DNA of 36,896 nt, taken from positions 1-36,896 of IMG/VR virus record IMGVR_UViG_3300008255_000256, one strand, 5' to 3'. The notes beneath the pieces were generated by a model that was not told the origin of the DNA, did not search any database, and worked only from the letters and a program-made list of their open reading frames with translations. This document shows, in pieces, positions 27,748 to 36,616 of the stretch. The stretch's first letter is position 1; every line of letters begins with the position of its first letter. Origin of the DNA: a virus. Lineage: Duplodnaviria; Caudoviricetes. The position numbers were made by a program, and so were the translations under genes.

Positions 27748-28922
27748 TTTATTATGATTTTAAGTCCTTCAGGTGATACAACTCTCGATAACGCTACATA
27801 CATTTGCCCTTTTTGGAAACATGGGCGCGTTAAATCAACGGTCACCTCATCGAATGTCATTCCTTGGCTTTTGTGAATACTCATTGCATACGCTAATCTA
27901 ATCGGATACTGCTCTATTGATCCGATAGTGTTTAATTCAAGTTCTTGTTTTTCATAATTAAAAACATACTCCTTTTTATCGAACTCCTTTTTTTCTAGTA
28001 GATATTCAACGCCTTTTACTTTTATGAAATATCCATTTTTATTTGATATAAATTCTCCTATCGTTCCATTTCTTAATGGATTATTCGTTGAATTAATTAG
28101 GTGCATTATTTTTGCGCCGTGCTTTACTCTTAATTTACTTTCAAGGTTAAAATCTTCAGCGTTTATATTTCCTGTTACTTTAGCGTCAAAAATAAGAAGT
28201 TTAGAATATATTTTTGATAATCCATCTTCATTGTACTTCATAGCCGTTGAATTATGAGGAGCTAGAATTATTCCAGACGGATCATTCGACACAAACTGTT
28301 TAAAATATTCACTTTTACCACCGTCACGAATTATATTTAAATTCGATACAAACTCCTCATTTTTCTGCCTTAACACCTCATCTAATTCAATTACTAAAGG
28401 ATTGATTTCCGAGTAGATGAATGAGTCCATGAATGTAATCCCTTTATATCCTTTCTGAAACATCACAGCCTTTGAATTATCATCTAGCACAACGGGTAAT
28501 TGTTTCATGTCGCCTATAAATATAATTTGCTTAGTCGATAACGGTTTGCAATTATTCTTTAAAAGCGTCCAATTCATAGCGTCTAAAACGTCAGGGCGTA
28601 ACATCGATACTTCATCAATGAAAATTGTGGTCACTTCGTCGAGTAGTCTCCGTTTTTCTTTTTTCATAAAGTTACAGGTAGAAAAATCTAAAACTCCATA
28701 AGGAAAAAGTGAAAACATAGAATGAATAGTTTGTCCATTAATGTGATTCGCCGCCATTCCTGTTGGCGCAATTGCAACGATTCGTTTACCTCGTTTTTTC
28801 AATTCAGATATCGCATGACTAACGATAAACGATTTTCCAGTTCCAGCCTTACCAGTCAGAAATATATTTTGACCAGATTTTACAAGCTCTATAAATTCGT
28901 TTTGTTTTGAGGATAATTTCAT
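27744..28922 (-). CDS. PIF1/RecD-like SF1B helicase
   Basis: GKAGTGKS, APTGMAA, TIHS, IDEVSM, GDMKQLP, LAYAMSIHKSQG, GQMYVALSRV. Confidence 0.92.
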   Translation of the reverse strand: MKLSSKQNEFIELVKSGQNIFLTGKAGTGKSFIVSHAISELKKRGKRIVAIAPTGMAANHINGQTIHSMFSLFPYGVLDFSTCNFMKKEKRRLLDEVTTIFIDEVSMLRPDVLDAMNWTLLKNNCKPLSTKQIIFIGDMKQLPVVLDDNSKAVMFQKGYKGITFMDSFIYSEINPLVIELDEVLRQKNEEFVSNLNIIRDGGKSEYFKQFVSNDPSGIILAPHNSTAMKYNEDGLSKIYSKLLIFDAKVTGNINAEDFNLESKLRVKHGAKIMHLINSTNNPLRNGTIGEFISNKNGYFIKVKGVEYLLEKKEFDKKEYVFNYEKQELELNTIGSIEQYPIRLAYAMSIHKSQGMTFDEVTVDLTRPCFQKGQMYVALSRVVSPEGLKIIIK

Positions 28923-28927
28923 TTCGG

Positions 28928-29140
28928 TTATTGTTTTTTGAATAATTCAGGCTGTCTAATTTCTAACTCTGAATAGGCATCCTGTCTACCAACTGACTCG
29001 TGGTACCACCCTGGCATTACGATAATTCCAGTAAAGTAAACACCTCTAATACTTTGGACGTCTCTTATTATTTTGAACATTTTTTCAGGCCTCAACTGAC
29101 CTCTTCTAAAACTGTTTGTTGGTGCGAATACTGCTATCAT
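28928..29140 (-). CDS. hypothetical protein
   Basis: 70-aa ORF in the operon. Confidence 0.5.
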   Translation of the reverse strand: MIAVFAPTNSFRRGQLRPEKMFKIIRDVQSIRGVYFTGIIVMPGWYHESVGRQDAYSELEIRQPELFKKQ

Positions 29141-29142
29141 AA

Positions 29143-29373
29143 TTATTTAGGTTTATCGTTTTTCGTTTGTTTTGATATTAAATTCTTAACCATCAATAAC
29201 TCATGTTTTAATTCTGCTATTTGACGAACTAAAAAATGAAACGTTTCAGTTTCAGGTGTTGGAAATTCATTGATTTTTATACCACGCTTTATTGCCATGG
29301 TATTGTTGAAATCCTTTATTATTTGATTATGTAAACTTTCGGAGATATCTATTCCTTTTGATTCCTTACTCAT
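29143..29373 (-). CDS. hypothetical protein
   Basis: ATG 29373 follows the promoter and AACCGAAAT; the TTG start at 29397 overlaps the promoter. Confidence 0.55.
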   Translation of the reverse strand: MSKESKGIDISESLHNQIIKDFNNTMAIKRGIKINEFPTPETETFHFLVRQIAELKHELLMVKNLISKQTKNDKPK

Positions 29374-29394
29374 ATTTCGGTTTTTATTTTTTTT

Positions 29395-29443
29395 CAAATA
29401 TATGTAAAATTTTCTATGTATTACAAAATAATAACTATATTTA
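29395..29443. promoter_or_regulatory. divergent promoter region
   Basis: Minus strand: TTTG (29427-29424), 21 nt, TATATTTG (29402-29395). Plus strand: TATATTTA at 29436-29443. Confidence 0.65.
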
Positions 29444-29458
29444 CAGAAAAATTAATAT

Positions 29459-29644
29459 ATGAAACAATCAGTTTATCAGAATTTGCAAGCGAAGTGCAAA
29501 GAAAAAAATATTTCTGTACGTGAATTAACCAAACGTGCGGGCGTTAAATATGAACGTGTTGCAAATTGGAAACGTCAAGAACCTGCCGTATTCTCAGATT
29601 ATGCGAGATTATTAGAGGAACTTGAGAAAATCGAAACGGTATGA
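29459..29644 (+). CDS. Cro/XRE-like HTH regulator
   Basis: 61 aa; SVRELTKRAGV.YERVANWK helix-turn-helix; first gene at the divergence point. Confidence 0.75.
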   Translation: MKQSVYQNLQAKCKEKNISVRELTKRAGVKYERVANWKRQEPAVFSDYARLLEELEKIETV

Positions 29645-29820
29645 AAAATATAATGAATATTATTATAATTGTAGTGATAATAGGAGCGATAAGTATACCT
29701 ATTATATACAATTTTATTCATCCAGAACTAACCAGAATGCAGATATTTTTTAAATTTTGGTGGTTATATATTTTATTTATTTCAGTAGGAATGTTCTTTA
29801 AATATAAATCAAACACTTAA
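29641..29820 (+). CDS. small membrane protein (59 aa)
   Basis: Read manually; ATGA overlap; two hydrophobic segments. Confidence 0.55.
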   Translation: MKNIMNIIIIVVIIGAISIPIIYNFIHPELTRMQIFFKFWWLYILFISVGMFFKYKSNT

Positions 29821-29825
29821 TAAAT

Positions 29826-29946
29826 TCCGTTGTGGTGAAACTGGTAAACACGCTCTCGGCAGGGTAGTATGTAATGGCGTTGAATGTAGAGATACGCCCA
29901 GAAATAAAGTAATTACAATTTGCAGGTTCGAATCCTGTCAACGGAA
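29826..29946 (+). ncRNA. tRNA-like RNA B (no canonical anticodon loop)
   Basis: Acceptor TCCGTTG/CAACGGA+A, D-arm GTGAAACTGGTAAACAC, T-arm GCAGG-TTCGAAT-CCTGT; 121 nt. Confidence 0.8.
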
Positions 29947-29970
29947 CTAACAAATAAAAACAAATAAATA

Positions 29971-30363
29971 ATGGCTCTAATTACATTAAACGTGAACATT
30001 AATACATGGTCACCAGAAATCGTTAAAGGTGAATACCGACACATTGAATTGGAATGTACTGAGGTAAACAGTCAGTACCCTCAAACCTATAAGGTCCAAG
30101 TTCGTTCACAAAACTATGATAAGGTTAATCAACACCTTAAACAGAACGCTGTTTTATCGTTAAAATGCAACCTCTCAGGTCGTAATTGGACAAATCCAGA
30201 AGGTAAAACGATGAATTTTATCGGATTGGATTGTTTTGGAGTTGCAGAACAACCAGCACAATCAGCACCGCCAGTAAACGCTCCAGTGGTGAATAACACT
30301 CCAGCACCGTCAAACACTCCAGCACCTCCAGCGAACAACGCACCGCTAGATCCACCATTTTAA
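29971..30363 (+). CDS. single-stranded DNA-binding protein-like (DUF3127-like)
   Basis: QYPQ, NLSGRNWTNPEG...F; Pro/Ala linker and terminal DPPF. Confidence 0.75.
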   Translation: MALITLNVNINTWSPEIVKGEYRHIELECTEVNSQYPQTYKVQVRSQNYDKVNQHLKQNAVLSLKCNLSGRNWTNPEGKTMNFIGLDCFGVAEQPAQSAPPVNAPVVNNTPAPSNTPAPPANNAPLDPPF

Positions 30364-30374
30364 CATTAACACCG

Positions 30375-30403
30375 CCCCTCTATTAATTTAGAGGGGATTT
30401 TTT
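30375..30403 (+). terminator. intrinsic terminator
   Basis: CCCCTCTA-TTAATT-TAGAGGGG followed by ATTTTTT. Confidence 0.7.
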
Positions 30404-30412
30404 AACCGAAAT

Positions 30413-30652
30413 ATGAAAAACTGTAAAATTAAACGGGTGATAGTTCCGTATGCAAATATGCACGAATTTACGGATGTTGAATTTATTAAACTATTTGGTA
30501 AAATTCCTGATTTTAGAAAATTTATAACATGCGCTAACATTTCAGATGGATTAAAATATGAGAATTCAAATCCAGAAATAAAATATTTAGAAGGTCGTGT
30601 TAAATTCGTCAAATTCACACCTGAGCAATTCTTAAAACATTACCTGAAATGA
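30413..30652 (+). CDS. hypothetical protein
   Basis: 79 aa; ATGA overlap with the helicase. Confidence 0.55.
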   Translation: MKNCKIKRVIVPYANMHEFTDVEFIKLFGKIPDFRKFITCANISDGLKYENSNPEIKYLEGRVKFVKFTPEQFLKHYLK

Positions 30653-33102
30653 TAACACCGAGAGATTATCAATCTGTATTTATCAACAATACACGCAACG
30701 AATTAATTAATAATCGTTCGGTTCTTGGTGTTCTACCAACTGGTGGCGGTAAAACTGTTTGTTTCACCTACATCACTCAACTCGCTATGCAACGAAATTC
30801 AATCGTATGGATTATAGCACACCGCAAGGAATTAATTAATCAGGCATCTAAAACATTAAACTCATTTGGAGTAAAACACGGTATCATTTCACCAAAATTT
30901 ACACCTAATTACCACTCAAACGTTCAAGTCGCATCAGTTCAAACGTTAGCGAATAGATATCATAAATATGAAAATCCAAATATTATCATAATCGACGAGT
31001 GTTTTACAGGTGAAACGTTAGTAGATGGTGTAAGAATTGATTCTTTAGTTGTTGGAGAAGAAATATCATCGTTTAATCATGACTATTCTAAAATTGAAAA
31101 AAAGAGAATAGAGAAAATATACAATAGAGAATATACTGGAGATTGGTATAGAGTCAAGATGATGGACGGTACCGAAATAGTATGCACAGAAAACCACCCT
31201 TTCTATGTTGCTTCAAAAGGGTATATTTCTATAAAAGAAATAAAAAAAACAAGTGATAACTGCAACATGATGCCTATATTTGTTTCTAATGAAATAAACA
31301 ATGAAAGATATTTGTCAAAATTGCCAAAAATTCACCGAAAGGAGCAAACCCAAAAGACTGAAAAAGTTTTGCGATACAAAATGCAAGGCAGAATTTTACA
31401 ATCTAAGTCTGAGTCCACTTCCAGAATTGAGATGTTTAATTTGCGAAAAGAAATCGAACTATTACAAGACGAGAAAATCGCATTTAGAAGCATCAAGGAA
31501 AGGTCGATCATTTTGCTCAAAGGAATGTGTAAAGACATATCAAAAACAGTTGAGTTCAGAGACAATGTCCAAGACAAACCGAAAATATGCCTCAGAAAGG
31601 ATGAAAGTAAAAAACCCTATGTTCAACGAGAAATCATTAGAAAAAATGAAGAATTCAATGCAGGGAAAAACTTTCCTGTCTCGAGGCGGAAATGGTCAAA
31701 ATACAAGGCAACAAATATTATTAGCGAACGCTTTAAATCTACCAACGGAACATGCTATAACCTTAAAGTCTGTAAAACACTTGTTTCAAAGCGTCCCGAA
31801 CTGCTACAAGGTAGATATCGCCTATCCACAGATCAAGTTAGCAATAGAAGTGGATGGAAAGACTCACAGGCTGAAGAAATGGAAGTTCTTAGACAGAAGG
31901 AAAACGGAAATTTTATCGGAATTAGGGTGGACTGTATTGAGGTTTACAAACGAGGAAGTGGACAACGACCTGAATGGGTGCCTGGAAATAACACAGTCTA
32001 TAATATCCACGTTGAAGACAATCTAAATTATTTTGCAAATGGAATTTTAGTTCACAATTGTCATCACAGTACAGCTGGGCAATGGCGTAAAATAATCGAC
32101 CAATATCCAGATGCCAAAGTAATCGGAGTTACGGCAACACCTGAACGTTCTGACGGAATTGGACTCGGTGATATTTACGATTCATTGGTTATTGGACCAC
32201 AAATTTATGAATTAATCGAATTAGGGTATTTAGTACCTCCAATTGTGTATCGACCTCCAATGGTTGCTGAATTAAACGATGTTAAACGTCATAAATCCGA
32301 TTATGTTCGCGAGGATCTTGCAAGGGTAATGAATAAGCCAACAATTACAGGTGACGCGATTGAACATTACAAAAAACACGCTTATGGATTACCTACAATT
32401 GTATTCACAGCAAACGTTCAACACGCAAAAGATGTTGCTAAACAATTTAGAGATTATGGCTTTGCGTTCTATGCAATTGACGGCTCGATTGATGATAAAG
32501 AACGTGACCGATTAATTAACGGTTTGGGTGGTCCAGATGTAACAGGATTAGTTTCATGTGATTTGATTTCTGAGGGAACGGATATTCCTGCTGTTGGATG
32601 TTTGATTTTATTACGTCCAACTCAATCATTAGGTTTGTTTTTACAGCAAATAGGACGTGGACTAAGAACGATTGAAGGTAAATCGAATTGTATAATTTTG
32701 GACCATGTAGGAAATACATTGCGTCATGGAATGCCAACACAACATCGTGAATGGTCGCTTGAAGGGCGTAAAAAAAGAGGTTCGAAAGCAGTACAAGAAG
32801 ATGATATAAACATCACGACATGCACTGAATGTTATTTCACGTCAACGAAGTTCAGTATTTGCCCGTCCTGTGGATTTGAGGTTAAAATAATACCTCAATC
32901 TGAAATCGAAACTGTTGATGGTGAATTACAGTTAGCTGAAGAAATAGAACGAAAGGAAAAGGCAGAATTAAAACAAGCAGTTTACAACGCACGTGATCGT
33001 GAATCGTTGGAGGCGATAGCGAAGCAAAAAGGGTATAAACGCGGTTGGGTTGAACACATGTTGAAATCTAGAGCCGAAAAAGAATTAAATCGAGTATTAT
33101 GA
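30649..33102 (+). CDS. SF2 DExH helicase with intein (464 aa after splicing)
   Basis: PRDYQ, LPTGGGKT, IIDE^CHH, GVTATPER, SEGTDIP, QQIGRGLR and C-terminal CxxC..CxxC. Confidence 0.93.
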   Translation: MITPRDYQSVFINNTRNELINNRSVLGVLPTGGGKTVCFTYITQLAMQRNSIVWIIAHRKELINQASKTLNSFGVKHGIISPKFTPNYHSNVQVASVQTLANRYHKYENPNIIIIDECFTGETLVDGVRIDSLVVGEEISSFNHDYSKIEKKRIEKIYNREYTGDWYRVKMMDGTEIVCTENHPFYVASKGYISIKEIKKTSDNCNMMPIFVSNEINNERYLSKLPKIHRKEQTQKTEKVLRYKMQGRILQSKSESTSRIEMFNLRKEIELLQDEKIAFRSIKERSIILLKGMCKDISKTVEFRDNVQDKPKICLRKDESKKPYVQREIIRKNEEFNAGKNFPVSRRKWSKYKATNIISERFKSTNGTCYNLKVCKTLVSKRPELLQGRYRLSTDQVSNRSGWKDSQAEEMEVLRQKENGNFIGIRVDCIEVYKRGSGQRPEWVPGNNTVYNIHVEDNLNYFANGILVHNCHHSTAGQWRKIIDQYPDAKVIGVTATPERSDGIGLGDIYDSLVIGPQIYELIELGYLVPPIVYRPPMVAELNDVKRHKSDYVREDLARVMNKPTITGDAIEHYKKHAYGLPTIVFTANVQHAKDVAKQFRDYGFAFYAIDGSIDDKERDRLINGLGGPDVTGLVSCDLISEGTDIPAVGCLILLRPTQSLGLFLQQIGRGLRTIEGKSNCIILDHVGNTLRHGMPTQHREWSLEGRKKRGSKAVQEDDINITTCTECYFTSTKFSICPSCGFEVKIIPQSEIETVDGELQLAEEIERKEKAELKQAVYNARDRESLEAIAKQKGYKRGWVEHMLKSRAEKELNRVL
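31275..31282 (+). promoter_or_regulatory. candidate internal -7 promoter for the nested endonuclease
   Basis: TATATTTG ends 18 nt before ATG 31301; no clear -33 element. Confidence 0.55.
31301..32026 (+). CDS. Vsr/DUF559-like putative homing endonuclease nested in the +1 frame of the intein
   Basis: Two CxxC...FCxxxC repeats, NUMOD-like linker, YKVDIAYPQIKLAIEVDGKTH...DRRKTEILSELGWTVLRFTNEEV. Confidence 0.88.
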   Translation: MKDICQNCQKFTERSKPKRLKKFCDTKCKAEFYNLSLSPLPELRCLICEKKSNYYKTRKSHLEASRKGRSFCSKECVKTYQKQLSSETMSKTNRKYASERMKVKNPMFNEKSLEKMKNSMQGKTFLSRGGNGQNTRQQILLANALNLPTEHAITLKSVKHLFQSVPNCYKVDIAYPQIKLAIEVDGKTHRLKKWKFLDRRKTEILSELGWTVLRFTNEEVDNDLNGCLEITQSIISTLKTI

Positions 33103-33542
33103 AAAGAGAAATTAAATTTAAAGCGAAAAGATTAGATAACGGTGAATGGGTTATTGGCAACTTGATAAATTGGCATCCAAAATTAAACCCTAGAATAATT
33201 CATTTTGAGACGGTTATTGGAAATGACCAAAACGATGAACAATTTACAGAGACGAATAACGAAGTCCACCCCGAAACAGTTTGTCAATTCACAGGTTTAC
33301 AGGATAAAAATGGAATTGATATTTATGAGGGGGATGTTGTAAGATGGGATGACGGAACAAAAGGCGAAAAATGGAGGGTTGCAGTTGTTGAGATTAATCC
33401 AGATATTCAATTTAAAATAGTCCGAATTGAATGTGACTTTATTCAAAGCGCACAAGAAGGGTGTATTTTTAGATTTGGAAATTTCATTTATAAAGACACT
33501 CATAATCATTTTGAAATACTAAGCAACACACACGACAAATGA
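33099..33542 (+). CDS. YopX-family protein
   Basis: REIKFKAK...WV.G, TVCQFTGLQDKNGIDIYEGDVV. Confidence 0.88.
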   Translation: MKREIKFKAKRLDNGEWVIGNLINWHPKLNPRIIHFETVIGNDQNDEQFTETNNEVHPETVCQFTGLQDKNGIDIYEGDVVRWDDGTKGEKWRVAVVEINPDIQFKIVRIECDFIQSAQEGCIFRFGNFIYKDTHNHFEILSNTHDK

Positions 33543-33931
33543 AAGAAACGAACCTAATGCGACTAATTATGGTGTCGCTATCGAAACGTGGTTTTCGTAT
33601 GTTCAGAAACAATACGGGTAAGGCTTACGTCGGTAATTCATACGTGAGAATCGCTAAATCTGGTATGCACTTCATCGAACAGGGAGATATGATTATTAAA
33701 TCACCTCGTATTTTTCATGCTGGACTGATTAAGGGATCTTCCGATTTGATTGGATGGAAAACTACTGAAATAACTCAGGATATGGTTGGAAAAAAAATTG
33801 CTATATTCACAGCCGTTGAAGTAAAAACACCGAGAGGTAAACCATCCGACGAACAAATCAATTTTATTAATCAAGTGAACAACAACGGTGGCATTGCCAC
33901 AATAATGAAATCCGAAAACGACCCTATATGA
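33539..33931 (+). CDS. VRR-NUC domain nuclease
   Basis: FRNNTG, GSSDLIG, AVEVKTPRGKPSDEQ..F. Confidence 0.88.
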   Translation: MKETNLMRLIMVSLSKRGFRMFRNNTGKAYVGNSYVRIAKSGMHFIEQGDMIIKSPRIFHAGLIKGSSDLIGWKTTEITQDMVGKKIAIFTAVEVKTPRGKPSDEQINFINQVNNNGGIATIMKSENDPI

Positions 33932-36564
33932 AATACGAAATTTTAAACCGAATAAATATTATTGATGTTGTTTCTCAGTCTTTAGAACTTAAACCAAAGG
34001 GTAAAAACCATATTGGAAAATGTCCATTTCACGATGATAAAAAGGCCTCTTTAATCGTTAACGAAAACCGTCAGAAATATAAATGTTTCGCATGTGGTGT
34101 TGGTGGTGATGCAATCGATTTTATTTCCAATATAAAACATGTTGATTTTAAACAGGCAGTCGCAATTCTGGACGGTGACGATCGTTTAATTATTCCGGAT
34201 GATCAACTTCAAACGTTTCAGGAAAAACAAAAAAAATATCAACTCGATATATTACCAATTTCTGACCCTGAAATTAAAGCAACGTTTTTTCATAATCAAC
34301 TCGGAATGCCGAAAAACGTTTATCCATATAAAAATCTAAACAACGATTTAATCGGATACACGTGTAAATTCGTTCATGAGGACGGCTCAAAAGATGTTTT
34401 ACCTTACGTTTTCGTGAAATATCAGAACGAAAACACTGGATGGTGTTACGCTGGTTTTCCTTCGCCTCGACCAATGTACGGAATGGAGTTTCTCGGCGCT
34501 TATCCAGATGCTACAGTAATAACCGTTGAAGGTGAAAAATGTGCTGATTTCGGTAATTCCAAAATACATAATTCGGAATATCGTGGTAAATATGTTTTTG
34601 TTTCGTGGATTGGTGGAGCTGAAGCAATACAACAGACTGATTTTTCAGCCATTTCAGATAGAAATATTATTCACTGGCCCGATAATGATGATCCAGGGCG
34701 TAAGGCAATGACATCGATAGGAAAAATCGTTGGTGGTCGTTATCTAAATATTCCAACTGATAAGCCTGATAAATGGGATGTTGCTGATGAGGATTGGTCT
34801 GCTGATTCTATTATTAAATTCATCGATGAAAACACTCAGGTTTCACCACAAAAAAATAAATCTGAAAAACAAAAATCAGAACCTTTACCGCCTCCAGAAC
34901 CAATCGATAAACCTAATTTCGTTGATCCATTAGGTGAAAATTATTTTCGTGTACTTGGTTATTCTAAATCAGATAAATCACTATTAACATACTGGTTTTA
35001 TTCATACTCACATAAAATGACCGTTTGTTTTAACGCCTCATCGCTTACGAAGTCAAATTTAATGACGATCGCACATGTTCAATGGTGGGAATCAAAGTTC
35101 CCAGGTTCAGGAAATGCAAAAATAAATATGGATGCTGCAGTTCAGGCGTTAATAGATGCATGTAATCGAAAAGGTATTTTTAATGAGGATAAAATACGTG
35201 GTCGTGGTGCGTGGCAGGATGCTGATGATGTTGTTTTACATGTTGGTGATCATTTGGTTGTTAACGGTACCCGAAAGGAGCTATTCGAGTATAATTCGAA
35301 ATACATGTATGAGATCAACGATACAATCGAATACGGAGGGAACGAAGCATTGAAAATTGAAGATTCAAAAAAATTACTCGAGTTAATTAAATGGTTCGCA
35401 TGGGATCGTGACACAACTCCATATACATTCGCTGGATGGTTAGTCATTGCTCCATTTTGTGGTGTACTTGATAATCGACCTCATGGATGGTTAACATCTA
35501 CATCTGGAGCTGGTAAAACTTGGATTCAAGAAAATTTGATTCAGGCACTCGTTGGAGACATCGCGATAACGATGAACTCAGATACGACGTCTGCCGGTAT
35601 TCGTCAATCTCTACAGTCGGATGCGCGCCCGATTATATTCGATGAATCTGAAGCTGAAACACCTAGAGATCGTGAACGATTACAGGACACGTTAACGATG
35701 TTACGTGGTGCGTCAACGAAAAAGGGCGCCCGTATTATTAAAGGAACTCAATCCCAGTACGCGAAAACGTTTGTAATTAAAACGATGGCGATGTTATCCT
35801 CGATTGGTGTATATTTCACTCAAAGAGCCGATAAACGAAGATTCACAATATTCAGTCTGAAAAATGACCCATCGAAACGAGGTGAGGCGTTTGATGAATT
35901 CAAAAAACAGTTTTTCGAAGTGATTACAGAAGATTATGTAAAATCACTGCAGCAAAGAACTATAAAAATGCTCCCAACGATTATACATAACACGAAAATA
36001 TTCAAAGAGGCGTTAAGTATTGAAGTTTCTGACCGTTCGACTGGTGATTTACTAGGTGGATTGATCGCTGGAGCGTATTCGTTGATTTCGGATGATATTG
36101 TAACTGAGGAAACGGCTCGTAATTGGGTAAAAACGAATGATTGGACGCTCGAGAGAGAATTGAAAGATCAAAGTGACGAATTACTCATGTTTGATGAATT
36201 AATGTCTATGTCGGTAAGAATTGACCCTAGTAATTCGTACACGATTGGAGAAATGATAATGATTGAATTTGATCCTGCGATTCGAGTTACTGAATTATCT
36301 GGAAATTACGGTTTACACAAAGAAATAACTAGAAATTTATCCAGAATAGGAATTAAACAGGTTGGAAATCGTATCTGTATAGCTAATAATAATATTCCGT
36401 TAAAACGATTAATGCATCAGTCAACATGGGTTAATTCGATGGAGTCGTTGTTCCTAAGATTACCAGATGCAGAAAAGGATAACCCACGTGTCTACATGAC
36501 TGGACAATCATCAAAACGTGGTGTTTCGATACCGATTGAAATTTTAACAAATAATATTTTGTAA
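33928..36564 (+). CDS. DNA primase-helicase (CHC2 zinc finger, TOPRIM, P-loop domain)
   Basis: CPFHDD..S..C..C, VEGEKCAD, WPDNDDPG, SGAGKT, IIFDESE. Confidence 0.88.
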   Translation: MKYEILNRINIIDVVSQSLELKPKGKNHIGKCPFHDDKKASLIVNENRQKYKCFACGVGGDAIDFISNIKHVDFKQAVAILDGDDRLIIPDDQLQTFQEKQKKYQLDILPISDPEIKATFFHNQLGMPKNVYPYKNLNNDLIGYTCKFVHEDGSKDVLPYVFVKYQNENTGWCYAGFPSPRPMYGMEFLGAYPDATVITVEGEKCADFGNSKIHNSEYRGKYVFVSWIGGAEAIQQTDFSAISDRNIIHWPDNDDPGRKAMTSIGKIVGGRYLNIPTDKPDKWDVADEDWSADSIIKFIDENTQVSPQKNKSEKQKSEPLPPPEPIDKPNFVDPLGENYFRVLGYSKSDKSLLTYWFYSYSHKMTVCFNASSLTKSNLMTIAHVQWWESKFPGSGNAKINMDAAVQALIDACNRKGIFNEDKIRGRGAWQDADDVVLHVGDHLVVNGTRKELFEYNSKYMYEINDTIEYGGNEALKIEDSKKLLELIKWFAWDRDTTPYTFAGWLVIAPFCGVLDNRPHGWLTSTSGAGKTWIQENLIQALVGDIAITMNSDTTSAGIRQSLQSDARPIIFDESEAETPRDRERLQDTLTMLRGASTKKGARIIKGTQSQYAKTFVIKTMAMLSSIGVYFTQRADKRRFTIFSLKNDPSKRGEAFDEFKKQFFEVITEDYVKSLQQRTIKMLPTIIHNTKIFKEALSIEVSDRSTGDLLGGLIAGAYSLISDDIVTEETARNWVKTNDWTLERELKDQSDELLMFDELMSMSVRIDPSNSYTIGEMIMIEFDPAIRVTELSGNYGLHKEITRNLSRIGIKQVGNRICIANNNIPLKRLMHQSTWVNSMESLFLRLPDAEKDNPRVYMTGQSSKRGVSIPIEILTNNIL

Positions 36565-36590
36565 TATATTGAATATTTTATATATATTTG
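36558..36590 (+). promoter_or_regulatory. Bacteroidota promoter (-33/-7)
   Basis: TTTG (36558-36561), 21 nt, TATATTTG (36583-36590). Confidence 0.65.
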
Positions 36591-36616
36591 TCGTATTAAT
36601 AATTTAAAACCGAAAT

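Larger units (their letters stand above)
31000..32058 (+). mobile_element. intein (353 aa) in the helicase Walker B motif
   Basis: Block A CFTGETLV, block B CTENHPFY, blocks F/G VYNIHVEDNLNYFANGILVHN then +1 Cys; removal restores DECH. Confidence 0.93.
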
